Source of the DNA: Nitrospirales bacterium
GTDB lineage: Bacteria > Nitrospirota > Nitrospiria > Nitrospirales > UBA8639
Reading direction: 5' to 3'
Assembly: GCA_963422365.1 (NCBI GenBank)
Contig: OY729426.1
Span: forward strand, 1,600,001 to 1,664,000
Length of the DNA stretch: 64,000 bases
The position numbers and the translations under genes are program-made. Under the pieces are notes generated by a model. It was not told the origin of the DNA. It did no database searches and worked only from the letters and a program-made list of their open reading frames with translations. Shown here piece after piece: positions 1-8,428 of this stretch. Every line of letters begins with the position of its first letter. Within the stretch, counting starts at the first letter, position 1.

Positions 1-718
1 GTTGAGGCGCGACTACTTGCGAAGGCGTGTGAGTGATGCCGACGAGGCGGGCGGTGGGTTGTGGCGCAACCACTTGTGAAGCCATGTGGGTGATGCCGGC
101 GGGTTGGGCGATTGGTTGAGAAGAAACCGTGCCGTTTCTGGTCGCAGGCTGAGAAAATGTTTGAGTATGCAGGACCGTCTTCGGTTGGGCCGTGGGTGTC
201 TGGGTGATGCCGACCGGTCGTGCTGTTGGTTGGGGAGCGACCATGCTGGTTCTGGTTGCAGGCTGGGAAGCCGTTTGCATGTGCAGGACCGTCTTCGGTT
301 TGATCGTGGGTGTCTGTGCGACGCTGGTAGGGCGTGGCATGAGTCTCGGAGGCGGCTTCAGGGAAGGTTGGACAGTCGTCTGGGGAGTTACTGTTTGCCT
401 GGTCTGAGTCTGTGTGCGTGGCTTGGACTGAGTCGGCTCCTTGGGAATTGGTTGGGGTTGCACCTGTTTCGGTTTGATCGTCGGTGTGGGCGGCGGTTTT
501 TTCATCGTTTGACGATGGGTAGGAGGCGTGCGGGGTTGAGTGAGTTGAGGGGTGAAGAAGGAAACGGTGATAGGATCTCGCTCCACCCGTTGCGGAACGG
601 GGAGCTTCTGCGAAAGGAGCAGGGCGAGGCCGATCATCATCGTATGCAGGCATACGGATAATCCCCAACTGCTCCAATAGTCTGGATGCTGTATCGCGCG
701 GAAGACGGAACGTTTCAT
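1..718 (-). CDS. tonB: TonB-family energy transducer, N-terminal part (runs off window edge)
   Basis: Not in the ORF track (no stop in window). ATG at 718 reads MKRSVFRAIQHPDYWSSWGLSVCLHTMMIGLALLL (TM anchor with SxxLH motif), then a Pro/Thr/Gln-rich repetitive linker open to base 1. The C-terminal domain is not visible. Confidence 0.7.
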   Translation of the reverse strand, partial: MKRSVFRAIQHPDYWSSWGLSVCLHTMMIGLALLLSQKLPVPQRVERDPITVSFFTPQLTQPRTPPTHRQTMKKPPPTPTIKPKQVQPQPIPKEPTQSKPRTQTQTRQTVTPQTTVQPSLKPPPRLMPRPTSVAQTPTIKPKTVLHMQTASQPATRTSMVAPQPTARPVGITQTPTAQPKTVLHTQTFSQPATRNGTVSSQPIAQPAGITHMASQVVAPQPTARLVGITHTPSQVVAPQ

Positions 719-757
719 TCCCGACCCTTGCCGGTTCGGCGGGTTTTACAAATAATT

Positions 758-774
758 ATGAAACCAATTACCAA
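758..774. promoter_or_regulatory. Fur-box-like site upstream of tonB
   Basis: ATGAAACCAATTACCAA has 3 mismatches to wTGAnAATnATTnTCAw and lies in AT-rich DNA 40 bp upstream of the ATG. Confidence 0.45.
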
Positions 775-961
775 GATCATCTTATTATATACCAGAATAA
801 ACGCTCTCGAACATGTCGAACCACCGGATTAACATGTTCGATCGCCGGATATATGGCTCGCTCAGGCCATCAAGCAGGGGCTCTTCTCTTGTCGTTGCCG
901 GTTTCTTTTGTCATCCCTGTAAATGTTCACTCATTCGTTGACAATTTCCGCTGTCTCCTTC

Positions 962-994
962 TGTCGTTCCCGACATTTGTAATCGGGAATCCAG
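962..994. repeat. REP-like palindrome (GTCATTCCCG-Nx-CGGGAATCCA, CGTC-type family)
   Basis: tgtcgttcccga-catttgtaa-tcgggaatccag; related copies at 2564, 10578, 12393, 12475, 13016, 13181, 20322, 40690. Confidence 0.65.
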
Positions 995-1282
995 GGTTCT
1001 GTTCCAGGCCGGTCCACCCGAATAGATAGACAGTTGTAGCGGCGCCATCTCATGGCGCCTTCTTCTTGGCCGCTAAGGCATGTCCCTGCCCGCGAGCGGG
1101 GATGCGGCCCTACAGTTCCTTCGCAGTCGCTTCGGACAAGCGCTCGGCTCAGACAGCCCTCGCCGAAGCGTCGGATTCGGTGCCGGGGCGCAGCCACGCC
1201 CAAGGCGGGGACAATGACAAAAATTCTTCGGAGGATTTCAGGATGAGGCTATGTTTCGCTTCATTCGAGATGGGTGGAAGGT

Positions 1283-2452
1283 TTATGCTCCCCTGAATTT
1301 GAGAGCATTGGGAATGTTCGTTCGCATGGCGCGAACCGCCGGGAGCAATCCGCCAAGGGTTGCCATGAAGACGCCGAAGAGGACGCCCCATAGTGCGATC
1401 CGAGGAGTCAGGACAAAACCATAGGCCAATTCCGACATGGTGGCGTAGTTAATGGTTGACAGAGAAGTGAATTGAAGCAATGACGCCAGCGCGATGCCCA
1501 GACCGGAGCCAAGGAGCCCGATCAAGACCGACTCAAACACAAAGAGGTTGAAAATCCTCCTTCGCGTGAATCCCATCGCACGCAGGGTGGCGATCTCGGT
1601 GGTGCGATGCGCGACCGCGCCGTACATCGTGATCATGGCGCCGAGGCTTGCCCCCGCGCTGAAGAGCCCAGTCAGCATAAGCCCCATGGTTCGGATAAAA
1701 TTCGAGAGACCGCCGGATCGTGATTCATAATAAGCGGCTTCTTTGGTAATGGCTATCTGCAGGCGGGGATCTTGGTCGATACGGGATTGGAGCGTGGGAA
1801 ATAGCGAGGGGTCGCGCGGTCGAAAAATGGCTGAAGAATAATACGTGCGTCCGAACGCGTCCATGAATCGATCGGCATCCCCCCACATTTCGGATTCAAA
1901 GCCGCTTCCGTCCGCTTCAAAGGTTCCGACCACGGTCCAGTTCTGTCTGCCGAACCGAAGCGTTTGGCCCAGATCCGCATTTTTAAAGCGTCGAGCGATC
2001 TCTTTGCCCGTCACCACTTCATTCGTTCCGGGACGCCACATGCGGCCCTTCACAAGCTTCACTTGAGACCGCACGTGAAACGAGTCTGCCGATCCCCCAC
2101 GGAGGGTCACGTTGCCCGCGGTGTCTGTGCCCCGTTTTACTAAGCTGATGAGCACCACGATTTCAGGCGAGAACAGCGAGTGGCCGTTCTGTTGAGCAAT
2201 TTCCGGAAACGTTCGTAAGATGGCCGTCTGTTCCCGATAGAGTCCGCTTCCGATCTCGGAGATGGCTCCTTTCCGAAGGACCAAGACATTGTCCATGGAG
2301 CCGGTATTGACTAAGGTGTGCTCGACGCCGTGTGCCAACATTAAGACTCCCACAAAGATGAACACGACCAGGCCTACTCCCATGATCGTCAACAGGTTGG
2401 TGGTTCGTCGAGCGAGCAGGTGACGGAAATTGTATGAGAAAAAAATCTGCAT
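1283..2452 (-). CDS. ABC transporter permease, FtsX/MacB family
   Basis: N-terminal TM, large periplasmic domain, 3 C-terminal TMs, RTTEIATLRAMGF motif. Confidence 0.9.
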   Translation of the reverse strand: MQIFFSYNFRHLLARRTTNLLTIMGVGLVVFIFVGVLMLAHGVEHTLVNTGSMDNVLVLRKGAISEIGSGLYREQTAILRTFPEIAQQNGHSLFSPEIVVLISLVKRGTDTAGNVTLRGGSADSFHVRSQVKLVKGRMWRPGTNEVVTGKEIARRFKNADLGQTLRFGRQNWTVVGTFEADGSGFESEMWGDADRFMDAFGRTYYSSAIFRPRDPSLFPTLQSRIDQDPRLQIAITKEAAYYESRSGGLSNFIRTMGLMLTGLFSAGASLGAMITMYGAVAHRTTEIATLRAMGFTRRRIFNLFVFESVLIGLLGSGLGIALASLLQFTSLSTINYATMSELAYGFVLTPRIALWGVLFGVFMATLGGLLPAVRAMRTNIPNALKFRGA

Positions 2453-2494
2453 GGATCTGAGCCGTCAATTCCTATCCAGAAGACATAAGGGCGG

Positions 2495-2596
2495 CCCCCC
2501 CCGCTAACCTTGTCCCCGACATTTGTTATTGGGGAAACTGCGAGGATGACAATTGGCTGTTTCTGTCACTCCCGATATTTTTAGTCGGGAATCCAG
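2495..2596. repeat. Composite/nested REP-like palindromes between the two permease genes
   Basis: ccccgctaa[ccttgtccccgacatttgttattgggg]aaactgcgaggatgaca followed by tgtcactcccga...tcgggaatccag. Confidence 0.6.
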
Positions 2597-2674
2597 TCTC
2601 CGCATCTCATGCGGCCTAGAAAAGGTGCGATCCCTCGAACCCTTGGGGGATCGTGCGGTTAGAACGGGCATCAT

Positions 2675-3841
2675 TTATCCCATATGACGGAGTTCATTCC
2701 GAATCCGGCTGCGGAGGCAGAGCACAAACGGGATGACTGCCCCAACCAGCCCAATACTTACACTGAGGACCACCGCCAGCATCGGCAACTGAGCAGGTAG
2801 CTCAAACACCGTGAAAAACCCTCCCAAATTGCTGGTGAGGAACATGCCGAACCATCTGCTCGCGGGATACAGAAGGGCGACCCCAAGGATTCCCCCGAAA
2901 AGAGAGAGACATACCGATTCGCCGAAAATCAAGAGACTGAGATGAGGAGCCCGAAACCCCAACGTCTTCAAGATCCCGTATTCATGATGCCGTTCGCGAA
3001 CGCTCATTGCCATGGCATTGGCGACAACCAAGATACTGATGCCCAGGATGAGGAAAGACATGATTTCGACTACGCGAATGATAGCGCCGGACATGGTCAC
3101 CATGTTGGCTTGAAACGCCTGTTCTGTTTCCGTTCGGGTTTCCGCTATGGAATTGGTAAAGGCTTGATCGATCTCCGTGGAGATTTGTGCTGCCTGTTCG
3201 GGGTTGGCCATCTGAACCACAAACCAGCCCACGGTCCCTGCGCGAGCCGGATCGTCGAGTCGCCGGCGTTCGTCCACCGCGCTCCAGTGAAGATACATGC
3301 TCCCTTCAGACGCGGTCGGCGTCGTCCTTGTGTAGATTCCTCGTATCGTGAATTCCCAATCGCCCGGATAGAGACTGCCTTGCAGGCGGACAATGTCACC
3401 AATGTCCCAGCCGAGTTTGTCGGCGAGCTCTCGCCCCACGATGCAAGCCCGGCGATCCCGGAGAAAGGCGTTTCGTTGTGCCGGCGGCAAGTGAATTTCA
3501 GGATGGAGCCCTAAATACGAGGTCGACTCTACGGCATATCGAGGAAAAAATGCCTTGCCGTCCTTCCATCGTCCACCAAACCAGTTGGCGTAGGAAACCC
3601 CGCTCACGCCGGGAATTGCGGCAATGCGTTGTTGATAGGCCACCGGTAGTTGAAAGGAAATGGAAACGGCATGCCGGGTTCTCAAGCGATCGGGCTGCGA
3701 TCCCAGCGATCCCGCATACCAGGCCGTGACCGTTGTGCGAAGGAGACCAAAGGCCAGAATGATAATACACATGGTCAGGATGGTTAAAGTCGCCCGGAGC
3801 GGATGACGGAGCACGTTACGGAAGGTGTAGCGAAGCAACAT
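2675..3841 (-). CDS. ABC transporter permease, FtsX/MacB family
   Basis: Same topology as the neighbouring permease; SVRERHHEYGILKTLGF motif. Confidence 0.9.
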   Translation of the reverse strand: MLLRYTFRNVLRHPLRATLTILTMCIIILAFGLLRTTVTAWYAGSLGSQPDRLRTRHAVSISFQLPVAYQQRIAAIPGVSGVSYANWFGGRWKDGKAFFPRYAVESTSYLGLHPEIHLPPAQRNAFLRDRRACIVGRELADKLGWDIGDIVRLQGSLYPGDWEFTIRGIYTRTTPTASEGSMYLHWSAVDERRRLDDPARAGTVGWFVVQMANPEQAAQISTEIDQAFTNSIAETRTETEQAFQANMVTMSGAIIRVVEIMSFLILGISILVVANAMAMSVRERHHEYGILKTLGFRAPHLSLLIFGESVCLSLFGGILGVALLYPASRWFGMFLTSNLGGFFTVFELPAQLPMLAVVLSVSIGLVGAVIPFVLCLRSRIRNELRHMG

Positions 3842-4516
3842 TTATTCCAATCTTCCTTTCTGCAGCCTGCAGATAGTGGCGGCGCGTTGCGCGGCTTCGA
3901 GGTCATGGGTGACCAACACGATCGTCTTGCCTTGTTCCGTGTTCAGTCGTTGGAGCAGGGTCATGATCTCGTCTGCGGCGTCACTGTCCAAGTTGCCCGT
4001 CGGCTCATCCGCCAGGAGAATCGCGGGATCCATCACGATCGCTCGCGCAATCGCCACGCGCTGCTCCTGGCCTCCCGAGAGTTGACGCGGATAATGCGTC
4101 ATTCGGTCGGCCAATCCCACAAGCCGCAAGGCGGTCGACACGTGTTTCGCGCGTTTCGCACGGGACAGGGACGTCAGCAGCAACGGCAACTCCACGTTTT
4201 CAGCCGCCGTCAGAACCGGAATCAAATTGTAGAACTGGAAGATGAATCCGATTGTTTTGGCCCGCCATTTGGCAAGTTGATGGTCGGACAGTTGGTTCAC
4301 ATTGGTCTGATTGATGGACACGTGTCCGCGCACGGGACGGTCGAAGCCGGCCATCAGATTCAAAATGGTGGTTTTCCCCGACCCGGACGGGCCCAGCAAG
4401 GCCACGAAACTCGACGGTGCGATGGCGAGCGTCAGTTGCCTCAGGACGGGTATTTCGATGTCGTCTCGGAAATAGGAATGCGAAACTTTTTGAATGTCGA
4501 TGATGGATGAGGTCAT
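3842..4516 (-). CDS. ABC transporter ATP-binding protein (LolD/MacB-like)
   Basis: GPSGSGKT, LSGGQEQR, LLADEPTGNLD. Confidence 0.95.
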   Translation of the reverse strand: MTSSIIDIQKVSHSYFRDDIEIPVLRQLTLAIAPSSFVALLGPSGSGKTTILNLMAGFDRPVRGHVSINQTNVNQLSDHQLAKWRAKTIGFIFQFYNLIPVLTAAENVELPLLLTSLSRAKRAKHVSTALRLVGLADRMTHYPRQLSGGQEQRVAIARAIVMDPAILLADEPTGNLDSDAADEIMTLLQRLNTEQGKTIVLVTHDLEAAQRAATICRLQKGRLE

Positions 4517-4522
4517 GGGGCT

Positions 4523-5791
4523 TCACTCCTGAGCACGTTCTTGAATGAGACTGCCTGTGACGAGATCGTCGGAGGGATTGATGATAACGGTATTGCCTTG
4601 GACCACGTTCCCTCGAATGGGAATGAGCCCGTTACGAGGCGCTCCGGTTTCAACGGGTCTTTCCGACACCACGTTGTCCTTGACCAGCAGGACCGTCGTT
4701 TGTCCGTTTCGGGTTACGATGGCGTCGGGCGAAACCCCCAAGGTGTCAGGCGGTGCTTCTTCTTGGGAAGCCGACGAGGATTGACTCAAAAAAGTCACCG
4801 TGGCGCTCATGTCCGGAAAGACCTTTTCGTCCAGATCGTCAAAGCGAATTTTGACGGGAATGGTGGCTTTGGTCCGATCGGCCGTCGGGACAATCTGACT
4901 CACGCTGCCGTGATAGATATGGTCCGGAACGGCTTCCAAGCTAATATGGGCCGGTTGGTCGAGGCCCACCGAGTTGAGAAAGGACTCCGAGACTTCGGCT
5001 TCAACTTGCAATGTGCGTAAATCGGCGATCGCGGCGACCGAGCCTCGGGACTGAGAGGCGCCAGCCATCGGCGCCACGATTTCTCCGACTTCGGCGAATT
5101 TTTTCATGACGGTTCCATCAAAAGGGGCGCGAATCAAGGTGTTTTCAACGTCTACCTTCACCGCTTGAATTTCCGCTTGGGCCAGCTTCACCGCCGAGTA
5201 TGATGACCGCACCGATGCCCGCGCTCGACGCAACCGGGCTTCTGCGGTGTCGAGTTCTGACAGAGTGACAAGGCCCTTGTCCCATAAGACCTTGATTCGT
5301 CGGTAATGGAGCGTCGCTTCTCGTAACTCGGGCCGTGCATTGGCCAAGGCGGCCTTCGCGACGTCTAATCGGGCGTGCGTTTGTAAGAGCCTTGCCTTGA
5401 TGTCGGCCTGCTCCAGGGTCGCAATAATTTCTCCTTTGGTAACCCGATCTCCCACGTCAATGCGAACAGCCGTCAAACGGCCCGTGCCTTTTGACGCAAC
5501 GGATGCCTGCCGCTGGGCGACCACATATCCGGTTGCGGTCAAGAGCCCTCGAGCGGGTGACTGAAAGAAACGCTGTACGCGGGTGACTTGAACGCGAGTG
5601 GCGTGCAATGAAAGCCCACTCGTCATGTAGGAGCCGATCGAGAAAAGAATCACGGCGGCTCCGATCACGAACGCAAAGCTTTTCCCGAATCTCTTCGGCC
5701 TGTGAGTGGAATTTTTCTCTATGATGAGGTCGTCTAAATCTGGAGCGTCTTTACCCGAGGGAGAAGAGAAATTCTCGCTTTTCTCTTTCAT
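4523..5791 (-). CDS. Efflux periplasmic adaptor (MFP, MacA/HlyD-like)
   Basis: N-terminal TM, lipoyl halves (GDRVTKGE, IRAPFDGTV), alpha-hairpin, beta-barrel. Confidence 0.9.
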   Translation of the reverse strand: MKEKSENFSSPSGKDAPDLDDLIIEKNSTHRPKRFGKSFAFVIGAAVILFSIGSYMTSGLSLHATRVQVTRVQRFFQSPARGLLTATGYVVAQRQASVASKGTGRLTAVRIDVGDRVTKGEIIATLEQADIKARLLQTHARLDVAKAALANARPELREATLHYRRIKVLWDKGLVTLSELDTAEARLRRARASVRSSYSAVKLAQAEIQAVKVDVENTLIRAPFDGTVMKKFAEVGEIVAPMAGASQSRGSVAAIADLRTLQVEAEVSESFLNSVGLDQPAHISLEAVPDHIYHGSVSQIVPTADRTKATIPVKIRFDDLDEKVFPDMSATVTFLSQSSSASQEEAPPDTLGVSPDAIVTRNGQTTVLLVKDNVVSERPVETGAPRNGLIPIRGNVVQGNTVIINPSDDLVTGSLIQERAQE

Positions 5792-6378
5792 GCATGCGTT
5801 CCTGTCTGATAACCGGAATGGAGAGCATCTCGAAAGAACCGTGGTGATAATCCCGTCGCCTTTTTGAAAAAATGGCTGAAAGAAAACTGGTCTTGGAATC
5901 CGAGGGCCTGGGCGATTTCGGTCAAATTCTGTTCGGAATTTTCTAAAAGGCGTTTGGCCGTTTGAAGGCGAAGCCGTTTCAAATACGCAGAGAAGGGTTC
6001 TCCCATGTGTAGAATGAAGAAAACAGAACAGTACTTTTCCGAATATCCAAAATGTTCTGATAAATCCTTGAGGGTCAAGCCCTGGTGAAGATGGGTCACG
6101 ATGAATTCGTGGAGCCGTTCGGACAGGGTGGGGTTCGATGTCGCGAGGGTGTCGGAATCGGGTGACAGTGCCCGTAAAACGAATTCCTTCGCGATTTGTT
6201 GCTTGTCATGGTTTTGTCGACCTTGATAAAAGCGCCTAGCCCAATTGGCGGTATACGCAAACAATTCGCGGAGTAAGGCATGCTCATCGGCGGCACTGGA
6301 TGGTGACAAGGGACCCTTGTCCTTATCGAGGACGATGACTGAGGCAGAATGGAGATGTTCTTTTTCGTCCGTATTCAT
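5788..6378 (-). CDS. AraC-family transcriptional regulator
   Basis: C-terminal double HTH (LKDLSEHFGYSEKY...IAQALGFQDQFSFSHFFKKATGLSPRFFR); stop overlaps the MFP start. Confidence 0.9.
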   Translation of the reverse strand: MNTDEKEHLHSASVIVLDKDKGPLSPSSAADEHALLRELFAYTANWARRFYQGRQNHDKQQIAKEFVLRALSPDSDTLATSNPTLSERLHEFIVTHLHQGLTLKDLSEHFGYSEKYCSVFFILHMGEPFSAYLKRLRLQTAKRLLENSEQNLTEIAQALGFQDQFSFSHFFKKATGLSPRFFRDALHSGYQTGTHA

Positions 6379-6491
6379 TCAGACCCTTAGCGCGTCATAA
6401 GGGGGGCGGGAGGCTTATCAGGAGGAGGTTGGAGCCTCCCGCTCGTGAAGGGGTGTGATTGATTCCACTCCTTCCTTGGCTGACATTCAAC

Positions 6492-6529
6492 AAAAAAGCC
6501 CAAGAAAGCATTATGCATTCTTGGGCTCT
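6492..6529 (-). terminator. Intrinsic terminator inside the minus-strand cluster
   Basis: mRNA AGAGCCCAAGAAUGCAUAAUGCUUUCUUGGGCUUUUUU: long stem plus U-tract. Confidence 0.7.
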
Positions 6530-6574
6530 GGACCAACGGTCTCGGGCTCTATTCAAATAATCCGTGACGTGTCG

Positions 6575-7087
6575 TTACTCAGGGTCTCCTCGCATCATCA
6601 AGGGATGATTAAAAATCCACATTTCGTACATGGGAATCGCAAACATGATCAAAAACGTAATCGTCATGAGAACGTCGCCGGTCAACAGGGTCAATACGAA
6701 GAGGGGCGACACATAGGTGATGAGCCACGGCGACACGAGATCCAACGTCACGCCCACGAAGGCAACCCAGGTGGTCATCACTTTTACGAGAGGGCTGGCC
6801 ATGGTCAGATACAACACATGAACCATAATCAGAAACACGACCGGTAGCGTGAATAAGTGAAAATGTGTGGTTTCGGCCAATTGCCCGAACGACATGGGCT
6901 CGCCGAAATTATCATCAGACCCGCGATAGTGTTGGGCAATGCCTTTGGGTGTCAGGTCGGTCATGCTGTGTGCCCACACAAAGGTGAAGACAAATCCCGC
7001 GAACATGAAGAGAAGGAACCATGTGTACACCAATCGTATGTGGCGGTCAGTGTCACGTAGCCGAAACCGAGCATTGAAATTCCGCAT
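6575..7087 (-). CDS. Uncharacterised ~4-TM inner-membrane protein with candidate heme/metal His ligands
   Basis: Four hydrophobic segments; THFHLF...VH (H75, H77, H90). Function inferred only. Confidence 0.75.
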   Translation of the reverse strand: MRNFNARFRLRDTDRHIRLVYTWFLLFMFAGFVFTFVWAHSMTDLTPKGIAQHYRGSDDNFGEPMSFGQLAETTHFHLFTLPVVFLIMVHVLYLTMASPLVKVMTTWVAFVGVTLDLVSPWLITYVSPLFVLTLLTGDVLMTITFLIMFAIPMYEMWIFNHPLMMRGDPE

Positions 7088-7221
7088 CGTAAAGCAATCT
7101 TCACCGAGAGCCTTGAGATCTTCTTCTGTCAGTCGAGCCCTGAGCCTTTTCCGTCTCCCTCATTTCCACGCACGCACATCCTCGACCACGACCGGGGTTG
7201 GGAATTGAGAAGATCCCACGC

Positions 7222-7935
7222 TTAGAGCCCGAAGAGGGCTTCAAAGAATCCTTTTTCAGACTTGCCGGCGACCATGATGTTGGTACCGAGACCACGGGGC
7301 TTCAAATAGAATTCATTCACCAGCACGAGGACGCGTTTCACGCCGGCGCTTGCGGACCGCACGGACATCGTCGCCCCCGTGATATTAATGATATCTCGAT
7401 TAATCCGTATCGGGTCCCCGATGGTTTTCCCCTGGTACTGATAATTGAACCGTTTGGTGGCGATCTCATTGCCTCGGGCTTCCCGATACACCAGCACTTC
7501 AAAGTTCGTGACTTCGCCGGCTGAATCAACGGCCACCATGTACGTAATGGGGCGATGCTTGCCGATGGTATTCTGGACGATGGCATATCCGTCGATGTTT
7601 CCTTGGGTCTCCCCAATATAGACATCGAAGGAGGTTTCCGGAAATTCCCAGCCGATGGCTTGTTCGACCATGGTTTTTTGCTCTGCAGTCAAGATCAAGG
7701 TGTCCTTGCGAATCTTTTCGGAATCCGGAAACATGACGGTCGCAGCGTCTTCCTTCGTGAAATAAACTTCTAAATGTCCTAGTTCCTCAGGCGTGAGCCA
7801 TCGATTGAGCTCATGATCCCAGATTTGTTCCTGCGGGGAGGCTTGGGCAAACCCCTGGGATAAAGGAATCCCTAGCAAGACACTGCACATGGCAACAATT
7901 CCTGTAAGTCTTTGAATTAACTTAAAACCGTACAT
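7222..7935 (-). CDS. Exported FMN-binding domain protein (ApbE flavinylation substrate)
   Basis: Signal peptide; GKHRPITYMVAV...YRE.RG; flavinylation motif DIINITGATMS ([S/T]GA[S/T]). Confidence 0.85.
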   Translation of the reverse strand: MYGFKLIQRLTGIVAMCSVLLGIPLSQGFAQASPQEQIWDHELNRWLTPEELGHLEVYFTKEDAATVMFPDSEKIRKDTLILTAEQKTMVEQAIGWEFPETSFDVYIGETQGNIDGYAIVQNTIGKHRPITYMVAVDSAGEVTNFEVLVYREARGNEIATKRFNYQYQGKTIGDPIRINRDIINITGATMSVRSASAGVKRVLVLVNEFYLKPRGLGTNIMVAGKSEKGFFEALFGL

Positions 7936-8372
7936 CCCTTATCCTTTAGTTGTTTGGTAATCCGTTGGGCCAGACGCCGCTCCTCCTCGGCGATGGGGGG
8001 AATGCGTCTCCAGCCGGATTGCGACCTCGCACCCATGGGAGAAAAAAACTCCCGGACTTGCCGAACGGAGATCCTGATCGGCTGCCGGGCTGCTTCGACA
8101 TTCAGAAAAAATCGGGCGCGTTCCTCGTTGGACTCGCGTGAAAACACCCCGGCTTTTCGCTTGGAAGCAAAACCCACCCAATCGGTCGTAATCACCCCCT
8201 TGTCCTTATCCGTTTGACTCAACGCGAATTCATCCACGCTCGCGAGGGCCACGGACCATGCCTGGTCATAGGAACAGCCGGCGTTCACGGTGCTGGGTGC
8301 GCCGCCGGAAAGAGCCGCGCACCCCACCGTGAAAACAACCAAGAGCACAGAAAGAACGATATGCTTACCCAT
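7917..8372 (-). CDS. Lipoprotein (possibly BamC-like helix-grip domain)
   Basis: ATG at 8372 after aaggaa; lipobox FTVGC; DKDKGVITTDW motif. Confidence 0.75.
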   Translation of the reverse strand: MGKHIVLSVLLVVFTVGCAALSGGAPSTVNAGCSYDQAWSVALASVDEFALSQTDKDKGVITTDWVGFASKRKAGVFSRESNEERARFFLNVEAARQPIRISVRQVREFFSPMGARSQSGWRRIPPIAEEERRLAQRITKQLKDKGCTVLS

Positions 8373-8380
8373 AAATTCCT

Positions 8381-8421
8381 TCCCCCATCTCCCCTGGAGG
8401 GAGAGGGCCGGGGTGAGGGGA
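8381..8421. repeat. CCCTCTCCC-Nx-GGGAGAGGG palindromic repeat family
   Basis: Related copies at ~10090-10131, ~10546-10570, ~13108-13166. Confidence 0.55.
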
Positions 8422-8428
8422 TCTTCGC

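Noticed and set aside
86..661. 191-aa plus-strand ORF
   Set aside because: Antisense shadow of the minus-strand Pro-rich tonB-like frame.
7101..7150. gagagcc/gagccctgagcc motifs between the FMN-binding and 4-TM genes
   Set aside because: They are on the non-mRNA strand, so they were not counted as Com-like binding sites.
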